Assembly: GCF_024521635.1 (NCBI RefSeq)
Contig: NW_026250411.1
Location: 434,001 to 498,000, forward strand
From: Tricharina praecox
Lineage: Eukaryota
Length of the DNA: 64,000 nt
Direction of reading: 5' to 3'
The position numbers were made by a program, and so were the translations under genes. Of this stretch, positions 50,854 to 63,664 are shown in pieces. How positions within the stretch are numbered: position 1 is the stretch's first letter; every line of letters starts with the position of its first letter. The notes beneath the pieces are model-generated. The model saw nothing but the letters and a program-made list of their open reading frames with translations, was not told where the DNA came from and did no database searches.

Positions 50854-52001
50854 TTTTTTTTATTTTTTTTTATTCTTTTTCTTACGCGTCAAGTAGGTGC
50901 AGCGGGCGGGCGACAGCGCGCGCGTTGGGCGAAAGGCAAGGTGAGTTGAGTTGGGTGAGTGAGTGAGGACAGATGACGGTGGGAGTAGCCGGCGACGCAA
51001 AAAGCAACAGACGGCGCGAGTCGCGAGATCTGGACTTTTGAATGAGAGGGGGAGGGTCAAAGGGTTCAATAGCAAGTGAGAGCGCCAGTGAACGAGACGG
51101 ACGGGAAAGAAGGCAGTTGGAAGAGAAACGTTGGTCGGGGGTGGGTGTGTTGGAGCGGGCGGGAAGGTGGAGGAGGATGGGCAGAGTAAATATCCTGGTG
51201 GAGGCTGGCTTCGCATCACCCACTCAGCGTTTAGCGCTTTCGCGTCCAGTCGAGTGCCAAAGTGCGACTTGACTGACTGCAAGTGCAGGAAATCACGTCC
51301 CCGCCCACTCCCCACAGACCGCGTCAAAGTTCTCCTCCACCCTCACCCTCACCCTCACCCTCATCCACCCCCTGCCTGCCGCGCTTTCCCCTCATCCTAC
51401 ACTCTTCCCAAGTTCCCAGCCTCTTCATAAAATATCGCGTAGAGTACTCCACCCTACTCTATGTATATAGGCACTTACTCGCTCCACCACTGCAAGCCAT
51501 GTCGTTTTTTCTTCTTCCTCGTGTGTAGGAGCTTTTCTGCTGCAGACTCCTACTTGCGCACTCCAGTGCGCACTCTATGTAGGTTCGCGAAGAAGGGCAT
51601 CGCATCGCGGCGCGCCCCCCTTGCCGCCGCGAGAGTCGTGAATATTCACCCGCCCGCTGTCAAACCGCAGATCATGGCGTTTCTTCCAACGTCGCGGCAT
51701 GACCGGCCGATCACGCAATGAAGCGTAAAGTCATAGCAGCCTCTGCTATCGACATCCGACATCCGTGCGGGCGGTCGCCATGCATAGTCCATGCATAGTG
51801 TGCGACCTGATATATGGCGAGGCCGTGGTTATGCGACAATAAATTGATGTTCTCTCATCCGTGCATGTGTTCCGTTCTGTGGGTATGAAGTCGTCAAAAA
51901 GCAGCCATGACTGTGGAACTTGAGGTCTGATCGAACTTACGCGGTCACGGTCCTAGGCTCTAGCGACGATTTTAAGAAACAAAAAAACACCTAAAAGTAA
52001 G

Positions 52002-52074
52002 AGCCCCACGCGGGGGTCGAACCCGCAGCCTTAAGATTAAGAGTCTTACGCTCTACCGATTGAGCTAGCGAGGC
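52002..52074 (-). tRNA. trnK-CTT: tRNA-Lys (anticodon CTT), intronless, 73 nt
   Basis: GCCTCGC TA GCTC AATCGGTA GAGC G TAAGA CT-CTT-AA TCTTA AGGCT GCGGG TTCGACC CCCGC GTGGGGC T folds into a full cloverleaf; T-runs follow downstream. Confidence 0.97.
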
Positions 52075-52865
52075 CACTATGCCCACAGTCCTGTGTATAC
52101 AGATTTGACTGCATGGTTTTAGATCATCAGTGATTTGCCCTTCCATAGTGAAGCACTGGGGACCTGGGACACCATTTTGGCAAGTTTGTAAAGGCGACAG
52201 ACCGATTGTATTTTAGAAGAGAAAACTCGACAATGCAAGAAAAAGTGACACCTGTGTTATTAGGGTATCCCTCGAGAACCTCGCAAGTTGAATAGGTAGC
52301 GAGACCGAGCAACGATGAAAAACGACGAGAACAACAAAACCGACAATGAAAACGATAACGACAACGATGAGCGGTGATGCGGTCTATGACGAGGACGATA
52401 ATGAGGAAACAGACAAACCTCGACAAAATATACACCAGGTCAGCTAAAGTTCGCCGCTCATGCGTCGACCCGGCCCGCTCTCAAATCGAATCGAATCAAA
52501 ACAATACCCTCCGCTCATAGTAACACAGACCATCGCAGCTGGTCCCACCAGGTCACAGCACATTCACAGTTTGTAGCCGTCCGTCTCATCCAGGTCTGCA
52601 AAAGACACGCAACCCGCACACAAGCAGAGCCTTCCCGGGGAAACACCTCAATCAGAGGGGTAGGAGGCAGGTGGGAAGAGCGGGCGTGTCAGCCCGTAGG
52701 GGAGAGGCAGGGGGGGGAGAGGGAGGAGCGGTCATGCAGGCCCATATATGTCAGCCTTTACCGTGTGTTTACTCTGCTAGGACAGGCCGCGGCGGACGGC
52801 AGGGAAAGCTACATCAATGAATAAACAAAACAAAAAAAGCACAGTCCCAAACACAGACCATCAGC

Positions 52866-53658
52866 CAAAGCTCCTACGATTCAACTCAAGCCTCCTCCGA
52901 TATGTAATTTTCTGAGTCTCGGCAGGCGCGGGGATCAAAGTGACAACACGTTTATCGAGTTACACGGCGGCCAAATTTGGCCGAGGGCACATATATAAAC
53001 CCACTCATTTTCTTCCTTCCTCGCTCCTCCTTCTTCCTCCTTCATCCTCCATCCATCCTTCATCCATCCTTCATCCTTCCTCCCTCCCTCCTCCTTCATT
53101 CTTCCTTCATCCATCCTCCCCCCTTCCTCCTTCATCCATCCTTTATCCTTCTTCCTTCACATCTCACGACGAGAACATAACCAAATCAGCCCCCGGTGGC
53201 CTACTACACCTATCAACAGACGACGCCTTATGACAGTGCTTCAGCGGTCGACACAATACCCAGTCGTACGACAGCGTCACTGAAGCAGAAGAGAATGACC
53301 GTGTCAATTCCTTCATAGGAGGAGGAGGGAAGTGACAAGGCGAGCAGGTCGATGACGGTGGTCCTTGTTTTGGAGGTATGTCTTGCAACCTAATTTTGCT
53401 GCCCATCTGGCCCGGTTTGCATCTAGAAGCCTGACAGTTATAAGACGCAGTCAAGCTGGTGCCACCGTTCGTCGACCTAGCCACAAGCTTCGGACTCATG
53501 GCCTACAATCGACCTGCCGGCTGCATCATCTTGGTTGCGCCTCAGTAAGAGGTATTTCATCACGGTGCTATTGTTTTTGCTCATGCTCATGCTGATTATT
53601 GATAGGCGTCACAAGACGGAGGTTTCTCGGCTTTCATCGGCCCATCGTCCGCGCAAGC
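52866..53658 (+). repeat. Repeat module A, copy 1 (degenerate intron-containing gene start)
   Basis: Aligns by eye with 55654..56352, including an identical stretch CGTTTATCGAGTTACACGGCGGCCAAATTTGGCCGAGGGCACATATATAAACCCACTCATTTTCTTCCTTCCTCGCTCCTC. Confidence 0.92.
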
Positions 53659-53664
53659 AGACTT

Positions 53665-53963
53665 CTCCACATTCCTCGGGATTGACACTGCAGAGGTTTT
53701 TTGGACGCTATTTCTGGCCTACGAGGACCAAAGATGTTCAACGGTTCTGCCTCCAATGGACATGCTCGGTATCGACGGCCTCGGGCCAATCTCACCAACC
53801 GCAGCGTCTAGATCGAAATATGTGACATGTCCTGATCGCAGTCAACTACTTCACTCGTTACGCGTGGGCACATGTGCTTCCCAAGATCGATGGACCAGCG
53901 GTGATTGAGTTCCTGAGAAAGGTTGTCGCCATCCCTTTCGGACTACCAAAGAGCGTTTACACC
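53665..53963 (+). mobile_element. Ty3/gypsy LTR-retrotransposon integrase fragment (frameshifted, internally deleted)
   Basis: TLQRFFGRYFWPTRTKDVQRFC (zinc-binding region), then PMDMLGIDGLGPISP...KY and VLIAVNYFTRYAWA...FGLPKSVYT (rve core, truncated at the second catalytic Asp). Confidence 0.85.
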
Positions 53964-54129
53964 GGAAGACCATGGCTCTGCACTACGACACCAAACGCCA
54001 AGTGCCTGGATTGCATTCAATCGAAGGATTGAACTCCTTTGGTGTTCTCATCGTGTTTGTGTTTGGAATGGTTGCCAGTATTGTCTCGGGAATCGTTATT
54101 GATTAAGTTTCAACTCCCAAGAGCTAATA

Positions 54130-54378
54130 CAGCACAACGGGTGCAAGCGCATGCTCTTAACAGTCGCTGTCCCCACCGGTCCCGTCAACTACCAGAAGCT
54201 GCAGATGGCAGCTATGGACCGCTACCTCGATTTTTGGAACCTGATGGCGTACGATTTCGCAGGCGCCTGGGACGCCACCTCTGGCCACCAAGCCAACATC
54301 TACTCCTCCAGCACCGATCCGTGCTGCACCCCCTTTTCTGCCGACGCCGCGGTGAAGGCGTACATCGCCGGCGGCGGC
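54130..54378 (+). pseudogene. Isolated internal fragment of a GH18 chitinase
   Basis: LLTVAVPTGPVNYQKLQMAAMDRYLDFWNLMAYDFAGAWDATSGHQANIY...TPFSADAAVKAYIAGG; no DxDxE exon upstream and no C-terminal part downstream. Confidence 0.88.
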
Positions 54379-55653
54379 TCACCGGTTTACTATTGCTTCT
54401 GTTGCATTCGAAGTGAATGCTCCCACGACTCCACAGCCCCGCTCGCTCGGAGAAGTGTATGGACGAACGTGGATGTTGGAGATATACGATGGAGAGAATA
54501 TACGGGTTGATCGTATTGAGATAGATTGCTTGGAGAAGAGAAAGGGAATCAGTACAAGATGGGGATATGGTGAACTTTTCTGCGGTACCTATTTTGTTTT
54601 CGGGTTTTGATAGGGTGGATCCAGTTTTTTTTCTTGAGGACGAGGATGATCCAGTTTTGTTTTTGTTTGGACGACGTTGATCCACATTAAGCGCAGCAGT
54701 GTCAGTAAAGAATACAAGAGAGAGAACATCATCAATTGATTGTCGTTTGCAGCATTATTAGACTATACTATACAACGTACGACTTCCGCGGAGAGTAACA
54801 GTGCCTACCTAATGTATGCTCCTTTCTGCACGTAGAGGCATAACGGCCTATGCCTTTGCATGTTGAGTAGCGGAGTGGGGTACGATCTGGGATATCTGGT
54901 AACCCTCCCTCATGCTCCTGCTGGTACTTCCTTCTCATTTCACCGCTGGTTATCCGCTTCTTTGGGGGTCACCATTTAGGAAAACGGGTGAGTGGTGGTT
55001 GACATTGTGCCACTACCTCCTCCTCCTGCTGACCCTCCTCCTCCTCCTCCTCCTCCTCGGATTCAGACCCGCGGTTTTCGGCTTTCACTGTCTCCTGTCC
55101 TTCAACATGCGTGTTTTCCATTGAGACCGGTGGCATTGCAGCATTGTATGCTGCGATGCAGCTATGGGGCCGTGACATGTAATCAGACATGAAAGCTATC
55201 AGAATCTTCTTGACAGCTTGAATAACTGTCACGGCGTGGCAGCATGGTGCACCGGTATCTTGCCAGCGAATACACGTGCAAGTACGAGCGCTGTGGCGCA
55301 GCGTGGCAGCTGAGCGCTTAACTAGACAGGCAAAAAAACTGGATCATCCTCGTCAAAACCTGTTGTTTGTTTGATGGATAGTTATTTCTCTAGCTACACA
55401 TGTAGAGTACGAGGTCGTGTGCAGGGAGGTGAGGAGCGACGATATGTGGTTGTCTGTTCTTGGTGCGAAACATATATGTACTGGTCCGATTTTCTATGTA
55501 ATTTGTTTTGCAGGTAGCGGCGCTACATCGTGCTGGCCGGTAGCAAGGTCTCCACCCCGGCCGGCCAGAGTGGGCAGGAAAGGAGTTTAATGGTTCGCCA
55601 TAGTCTAGATAGGCTGCAGGCGGAATAGATTGAAGATCTCTCTCTCTCTCTCC

Positions 55654-56352
55654 CAAAGCTCCTACGATTCATTTCAAGTCTCATCCGATACATTGTGATT
55701 TTTTGATTCTCGGCATGTAGTGAACAAACGTTTATCGAGTTACACGGCGGCCAAATTTGGCCGAGGGCACATATATAAACCCACTCATTTTCTTCCTTCC
55801 TCGCTCCTCGCTCCTCGCTCCTCCCTCCTCCCTCCTCCATCCTCCTTCATCCTTCCTTCATCCTTCATCCTTCCTTTATCCTTCTTCCTTCACATCTCAC
55901 GACGAGAACATCACCAACTCAGCCCTCGGTGGCCTACTACACCTATCACCAGACGACGCCTTATGGCAGTGCTTATGCGGTCGACGCAACACCCGCTCGT
56001 ACGACAGCACCACTGAAGCAGAAGAGGAGGATGTGATTGATAGCTTCTACACTTGTTTCGGAGGTATGTCTTGAAACCTAATCTTGCTGCTCATCTGCTC
56101 CGGTTTGCTGCCAGAAGCCTAATACTTATAGGACACAGTGAAGATGACAAAACGGTTTGTCGACCTACTCCACATTTTCGGGTTCATGACGTACAACCGG
56201 CAGCGCATCGGCGCCTGCACCAGCTTGATTACCCCTCAGTAAGAGGTATGTTATCACGGTGCCACTGTTTTTGCTCATGCTCATGCTGATTGTTGATGGG
56301 CGTCACAAGACGGAGGTTCCTGGGCTTTCACCGGGCCGTCGTCCGCTCAAGC
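55654..56352 (+). repeat. Repeat module A, copy 2
   Basis: Direct repeat of 52866..53658 with substitutions and indels. Confidence 0.92.
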
Positions 56353-57594
56353 GAAGCCCAAGCGTAAATCTGCATCGGCCGGTGGAAAGCATGCCCAACC
56401 ACATTATGCCGTCCTCGGCAGCACCCACGGGTCTACGAAGGTATCACCAGTTTACCATCGGCTTCTATTCCATTTGAAATGAACGCTCCCCCAATTCCAC
56501 CGACTCCACCGCTCCGCTCGCTCGGAGAAGTGTCTGGACAAACGTGGAAGCCAATCGGCAACCGAGTGATCTCGATGGTTTGTGTGAGCGAATGATTCCT
56601 TTCTCTAGCTACACATGCACGACTCGTGGTGGTAAGACAGAGAGGCACCTCAGCATCCACGGGTCAACGAAAGAGTGACATGCACTCAGGCTGGTGTTTT
56701 CTTTCTTTCAGCGGAGGCTTGCTTGCTCGCTCGCGTAATAATCTCATGAGATCTTTATATGGCCTGCGATTTCTTCACTACGAATTCTGTGTTTGTTCTG
56801 TGTTTTGTTTGCTTTAATTTCTGTATTTGTTCGCAGAGAGAGAAGGTGATTGTTCGCTTTGAACGTATAATGCGCGATTTTGCTCAGATGGACAGTACTT
56901 ACTTGCCTAAGTAGGCATACCGTGGAGAAAGAGAGTAATGTCTGTTTGCTGTCTATATTCTACATAGGAGGACGGGAGCGGGTATGGGAAGTCGAGATGA
57001 ACTATGCAACCTATGCAATCTATAAAGTTGATATCCTATCTATGAGCTTCGACGTGATCTTGCATCTGATTCTTCACCAACCCACCTCACGCCACCATCC
57101 CCAACCACAACGTGATAACAATTTGTAAAAGTAGGTATCTCTATAAACATAAGCACTTACATACAAGCAACTAAACCAAAGACCAAAGCACGAGTAAAAG
57201 AAACACAGTAACAAAAAAAAGCTGACAGAATGGATGAAGAACGAATGCAGAAATGAATGAAGAAAATAAAAAGCTCCTCCACATTGTACATCCACTGTTT
57301 TCCAAAACAAAAACAAAACAAAACAAACAGAAAGAAAAAAAAAGAAGAAAAAAAAAACAAGTATCCTCGAAGCTTTTGTATTAAAATTGGAGGAAACGGG
57401 AATCAAAACAAACAAAGTCGCAACAAGAAGAAGTCCCCTTCGTCGTCGTCCTCTCCCAACCAACCGACCAATCGTCGTGCCATGGCATGCATGCTAGTGC
57501 TTTACAAGAATCGAAAAACCGAACTGCTGCAGAAAAGGAAGGGAAGGAAGAGAAGGAAGGAAGAAAAGCTGCAGGAGGGGGTCTACATCGCATC

Positions 57595-60500
57595 CTACAC
57601 GACGCCCACACCGCAAGCGCGCCAGCCTCTAACACCGGTGCCATCCTCGAGTTCGACAACTCTCCACAGGGCAGCCTTCGCGCGCTCGACCTCGCCGCCC
57701 TTCTCGAGGGCGTCGGCAAGGAGGAACCATCCATCGACCAGATCCCATCCGCGCGGGGAGACCACCAGTTTTTCGAGGAGGCCGAGGGCGCGGTCGCGGG
57801 ATGCGAGCTTGTTTGTGCGTGCCTCGGTGTCTTCGTCGTCGGGGGCGCTTTCCTCCTGCTGTGCGTCGATCTCCGGGTCCATGTCTTTGACTTTCAGCAG
57901 GAGCTTGGAGAGGCCGACAATGGACTGCGGGTGGTCGTAGTCGAGTGCGAGCGCTTGCTCGAAGAGTTCGGCGGCGAGCGTGCGGCGGCCTTGGACCATC
58001 GCCAGGAATCCTTGCTGAGTGGATGTTAGTCGGGACGGGGGACACGGGGTGGAATGTGGGTGGAACAAACTTCTGCAAGTACATCTGCTTCTCCCTCGCC
58101 CTCCTTTCCGACAAGACCATTTGCCTCCTCGGTGGCCATGAGGGCATCACCGAAGTATCCGGCTCGGCGGTACAGGCCAGCAACGCATAACCATGCTCTC
58201 CGAAGAGCGCCTAGCACTTGCTTGCTTTCCTCGGCGACAGCAAGCTTCGGCTCCGGAAGCTGTATTGGCCGCCTTAGTGTCCGAATCCGTCCGTCCTGGC
58301 CGTCGTCGGAGATGGTCCTGCCAAGAGCACATAGTGGGTACGGGAGCTTGTGCTGCGGGAGGTTATTGGGGACGTTTTCTGCCTTGGTTGACTCGCGATT
58401 CTCCGATGTAATCTCGCCGGGTATCGTCTCGGCGATCGACGTGACAGAGCCGGTCGCACTTGGTGCTTGTGGATGCTTGAGATGGTGGTGATGAAGTTTG
58501 TTCTTGAGGGTTTGGAAGAGATGTGGATCTTTGCCGTCCCTCATGCTACCAGCTGGACTATCAAAGTTGAGCGATGATGCCTCGGTCGAGCTGGGCAGCG
58601 GCGGTGTAGGCGGTTCGTCCAATTTGGGCTCGTGTCGTAGCTTGAGGCTACCAAGGCTCCGCATCCTTCTGACAGTGCTTCCGGAAACAGAGCTCGGGCG
58701 CATCATTTTCCGGTGGGTCTTTTCCGAGGGTGGTGTCGCAGCGCCACCCTTATCGTCGATGACCTGGATCTTCGGTGCGTTGGTTGGCATACCGGTGGAC
58801 ATGCCGGTTAGCGATTGGTGTCCGGACTGGGGGCGTTTCTTCACTGTTCCTCCCTGCGATGGCGGTGAGCCTGGATCCTCGACCTGACGTGGGAGACTGG
58901 AGTGGGATGCAGAGAACTGCTTTTTATGGTTCCTCCAGGGAAGACGGGATCTCCGACTCGTGGTGGTGGTGGGTCGGGAAGGGTTGCTCACATCGCCAAC
59001 ATTCTCCTCAGCATCCCCCTGCTGTTGCCTCTGAACGAGATGCGTGCCGTCAAACAGCATGCCGTATAGAGCCAGAAGGTCCTCGGCCATCGATGCTGCT
59101 GTCTCAGAATCCTCGACCGCCTCCATGATAGCAAGCTGCGACATCCTCAACTCAAAGATGGCGACCTTATCACTGACTCCTAGGTCGGCGACAGCGTTTC
59201 GTCCCTCACCTACTATGTCAAAGGCGTTCCTGCAAACCTTTTCTGCCGTTTCGAAATCTTCCTTGGCAGTCATCAGTAGGGCGAGTAGGTGCAACAGCGG
59301 GACCGCAAAACGCTTGTAGTCTCTAGCACAACCCTCTCGATCATCCGGATCCTCGTTGTCCATGAAGTTGTACTTCAGTGCACCGAGTCCTTTCCGAGCA
59401 CTCTCCATGGCGTTCTCCACCGACCTCATCTCTGCCTCCACCAGTGCCAACCCATACCAGCCCTGTGTGTCTATTGGATCGTAGCTCAAGCCCTTCCTGA
59501 ACGCAATCACCGCTGCCTGCTGAGCCCCGGGTCTCCGTTCGCCTTCGGAAGTCTGCCGAGCAAAAGCTGAATTCGCCATTCCGATTCCTCGGTACACTTC
59601 GGCCAATATCTCTTTGTCTCTTATTCCCCACTCCCCAATCCACTTCTCCATCTTCGTCGCAACCTCCATAGCAGTCGGTGCATTGCCGGTAAACTTGCAC
59701 AGCACTCGAACTCCTTCCACCGCAGTGTGGAAAATGGTCTTGTGGCTATCAAAGTCCCGTTCGTGGTTACCTTTCGAGATCCGCTCCATCGCTTTCTGGA
59801 TAAGGTCAAGGTACGTGCTCAATGCCGCGAGCGCATCCTGGAAGTTTCCTGTGGCGGTGAGTGTGTAGAACAGATGCCGCAGTATCCGAGGGGAGTGAAA
59901 TGACTTCTTCGAAGCCCGGTATAGAATCCCCACCACTGGTGCAGCATCTTCCGCGGAGCCACCGGATACGCGCCAGTTCTCGACAACCTGATCCGCCCAT
60001 TCTCCAATGGCTTCGTGATATTCGTCCGCTCGAGGGAACTTGAGCCCCAAAAGCAAATGGCTCTCGTAAACCGTTGAGATTGTCTTCAACTCCTCGCGTA
60101 GCTGGTCCGGCGTACCAACATTGGACGTGATCTTCCTTCGACCGAGAGTGTTGCCGGCAGAAGCCATAGACCCCCTCCGATCACCCTGCTTGCCCGGCGG
60201 CAGACGGTTCACAAGTGGCCGGTCGGCATGCCCCGGTGGCAGCAGAAGCAGCGACAGGAACATGAAGTAGCATCGGTAGATATCCTTCCTCTTTTCCTTA
60301 TACGAAGTCGCTCTGTTATCGGAACTGGTGCCATTGACGAATTTGTGGAAAGTTCTCAGAGCGCTCGCAAGCGTGGATTCATCGACAATCGTATTTCCGA
60401 TGGCGACGCCTACTTGCCCTTCCGTCTCGGATTCTTCCCCGGTGGGAGACTCTTCGCCGTCGCGATTCAACTTCTCGGATGCAGGGGACTGCGCGGTCGG

Positions 60501-61455
60501 TGTCGCATGTTCCTGGAACCAGACTCCGTACGTAGCGAGAGCATAAAATCCGAGGGCTTTCTCCGCCCAGATCGCAAGCGTTACAGAAGTTGGTTGGCTC
60601 GCAGAGAACGAAGCGTACAGTCGAGTGGCCGCTCGGTATACTTGAAGTGAAAGTGAGGTATCCGTGGTGGTTCGCGATAGAGCAACACCTTGCGTGTCGC
60701 GTCAGCTATTGGCTTCCCAATGGACCGCCGTGAGAAGGATCATCATCATCACAAATGACCTACCCTTCAAGACAAGCGCTTTGAGTCTCATGATGTTCAT
60801 GTAGTCAGCCTTTCCAGGTCCCGGAGTGAACCCCTCTCCAACCTCGGCCTCCCCGGGCACTATGTTCAACACCTCGTTCCATTCCCCTTTCTTTGAACAT
60901 ATCGACGCCAACACGATCCTCGCCTGCAGAAGGTCTCCTTCCGTTACCACCGAGCTCTCATTACCTCCAACGGGATTCGGAAGCTTCGGCAGCTGAGTAG
61001 GCTGAGCGTTGAGCTCAGCTTGCAGAGCTTTCTGGAGGCTGTCGAGGGATGCAACATAGGAATCGAAAGCAGGGCCCGAAGGAGGTCTGGGCGGCGAACG
61101 AAGGGCGTGTAGTTTGCTTTCGGTGTGAGCAGCTATGGCGAGACCTAGATCTCGTTTAAAGCTGTTGTAAGTATATATACGCGCGTCTGTACGAGGTGAT
61201 GGTGATGGATCGATCGGCAATCCTGAGGGGTTCACAACTCAACACGCACATTTCCTTCCAGGCGCATGCTTCTGCACCTTGCGACTCAACTCGGGAACTG
61301 CCTCCCACTCGCCATTACACCGAGCAGCGTCGAGTAATTGGAGGTTTTGGGTTGCTTTTACCTGCGAGAAGGGGGTCGCGGCATCAGTGTCGGAAAGTCC
61401 GGGGCCGGGAGAGGAGAATCAATGACGAAAGCAGGGGAGACAGTACCGTGCTCAT
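57595..61455 (-). CDS. YPP1: Ypp1/Rhf1 (TTC7-like) TPR-repeat protein, about 1179 aa; exons complement(61447..61455,61250..61361,60764..61144,58071..60688,57595..58014)
   Basis: LDAARCNGEWEAVPELSRKVQKHAP, FPRADE, LYRASKKSFHSPRILRHLF, LHLLALLMTAKEDF, ASRDRALGLLEKL...GWD...WF.LA...LWRVVELED; four phase-consistent introns. Confidence 0.88.
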
Positions 61456-63631
61456 TGGACCGCGGGGCGAGGATACCAAGGTGTTCTATATGTAGGGTCA
61501 GGGTCGCGGTGGGGGGTTTGGTGGGGTGGGTGGGCGTCGGGAACGATGAGGTATGTTGGTAAGTAACTAAACGGAGTGAAGTTATATCACAGATGGCTCG
61601 AAAGGGATGTTCTCATGCTTCAATAGTCAGGATTACGGGTTTGACGTGTTGAGTGAGGGATGCGGTTGCTGTCAGTGCTGAGGCTCTAGCTCGTCTACTT
61701 CTAGGCAGTTGCCGGTGGAACTTGTCTTGGGAAAGCTTGGAACGGACCCTTGTGCCAAGACACGCACATGAAGAGGGACGGGGATGTGAGAGCTCGCGAC
61801 TGAACTTTGAAGAGTGAAGGATCAATGTAGGATACAAACCCATTTTACATTTTCTTGTCGTTCCATATCTCAACATCGCCAGTAGAGCATTAGTTGTCCT
61901 TCGTTTCTGCGTATGGAACATAGACTCGATAAGCACCGAACAGTATGTCACAATAGCCATGGAAAGAAAGTCTTCGTTTTCGGCCTGCGACCGACGACTA
62001 ATACAGACCTAATGTAAGCATAAAGTTTGGGAGTCGACTCGGAGGTTTCGTACAATGTGCTGGGCTCGGCTATGAAGCTGGCATGATCGAGACTTGAATA
62101 TCGTCCGAACTCGCTGATGCGGCCCAACTGTATGCATACATACCGGCGTGGGAGGTATGACGATATGTACATGTGTACTCTACGCACTCCGTGAATCGGA
62201 AACCCCATCCAGGTACCACCGCATCCAAAGAGTCAGGTAGTCGGAGTTTTCTGCGGCGTGGTAACCACAGCTCGAGCTCTCCAACTGCCAGGAAGATTCA
62301 GGTGCTTAACCTTTGGTTCGGAGTGCTATGTTGAAGAGTACGAGTAAAAATGATGAGCTTGTTTGTTCGATTGATTCTCAAAACACAGCGGATGACCAGC
62401 TAGACATGCCAGTAACCAGACAGAAGGAGAAGCAAGTATGAAAATAAACAGGATTCTTGAGGGAGGCGTGCAATATTACCAATATGACCAATGTGCAACA
62501 TCTTCGCAGAATGACGATGTGGCTTGATGATATGACTTTTGAACGAGAATCGCCACATGCTGGAGCCCAATATTTCGAGTGATAGACCGTGATTGTGCGA
62601 GCGGCGAGCACTGCCGTAAACACACACCGCTCGGAAGAGACGGAACGAATTGGTTATCTCTCTCTCCGAACAGATAACTTCTCCGCTCCGTGTCTGTCAT
62701 AGTAAACCATGAAAGGAACCTAGGACTTAGGGCCTTCGTAGAGATCGAGATCGATGTCCTGCTGGTGCTTACTTTACTTGCCGCCACACAGGTGCGTAGG
62801 TACGCAATCCGCGCACGCAATGAATTACCGCCACCAGTCAAGTACCTGTGCCTTTATATACCTTCCTCACCGGCGGTGGAGTAAATAGAAGTAATCGAGC
62901 AACTAAAGACAAAGGAAAGGACTAGTACCCAGTATAGCAGAGCACGTGTTCATTTCACCCTTCGCCTGGCCATTAACCCTTGGTCACTCGTGAAATTAAA
63001 CATCAACCTCATCTGTTCGGCATTTGGTCTAGCCGCATCGCCGCCGCCGCCCTCTCACCCTCCCCCGGCTCCACTGTGCCACATCAACCGCCTCGGCAAA
63101 ACATCCGCGACAGGAAGGTTGTTTCCTGTTTTCCTGTTTTTTGATTGTTTTTTCTCTTTCTTGTTACAGGTCGTTCTGGAATTATTCCCTCCTCCGGGGA
63201 GGATCTTCACTGTCACTGTCATCGTCGTGTTTCGAGTGCTATTTGGCAATATCACTGGGTATATGTCACGGGCCGGAACCTCGGGAAAGACCGCATGCAC
63301 GGAAGTGGCATCGTCAACAGGACGGAAAACGATTACAGCGATAACTAGCTTTATCGACTCGTCGGGCTAGGTAACTACACAGCTACTGCGTAGGATAGTA
63401 TGGACTATGGAGGGTGAAGAAGAAGCAGCTGATATCCAGGCCTAGAGTGCGTCTCCACCTGCTAGACGAACTCCTGGAATGAGTGATGATTTATGAAGAA
63501 GCTTTACGGCAAATGCCACTGCGAATAGAAAATCTGCTCGATATGTACCACATACGCGTGGCTGCTAGAGGATCTCCAACATCGCTCGACTCTTACGCCT
63601 CCTCCACAGTCTACGTGCTAGTCAAGACAGC

Positions 63632-63664
<33 letters not shown>

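Noticed and set aside
52866..56352. Module A copies as the two LTRs of a retrotransposon
   Set aside because: No TG...CA termini, PBS, PPT or TSD seen; module A contains intron-like segments; modules B and C are duplicated too; the internal region has only about 300 bp of integrase.
62700..62990. Telomerase RNA template (CCCTAA at about 62727, TAACCCTT at about 62974)
   Set aside because: Neither gives the roughly 1.5 copies of a TTAGGG-complementary template, and I could not identify a pseudoknot or CR4/5.
63633..63662. Poly-C tract (also 47517-47541, and poly-G at about 12515-12532)
   Set aside because: Simple homopolymers with no associated structure; lengths may be unreliable.
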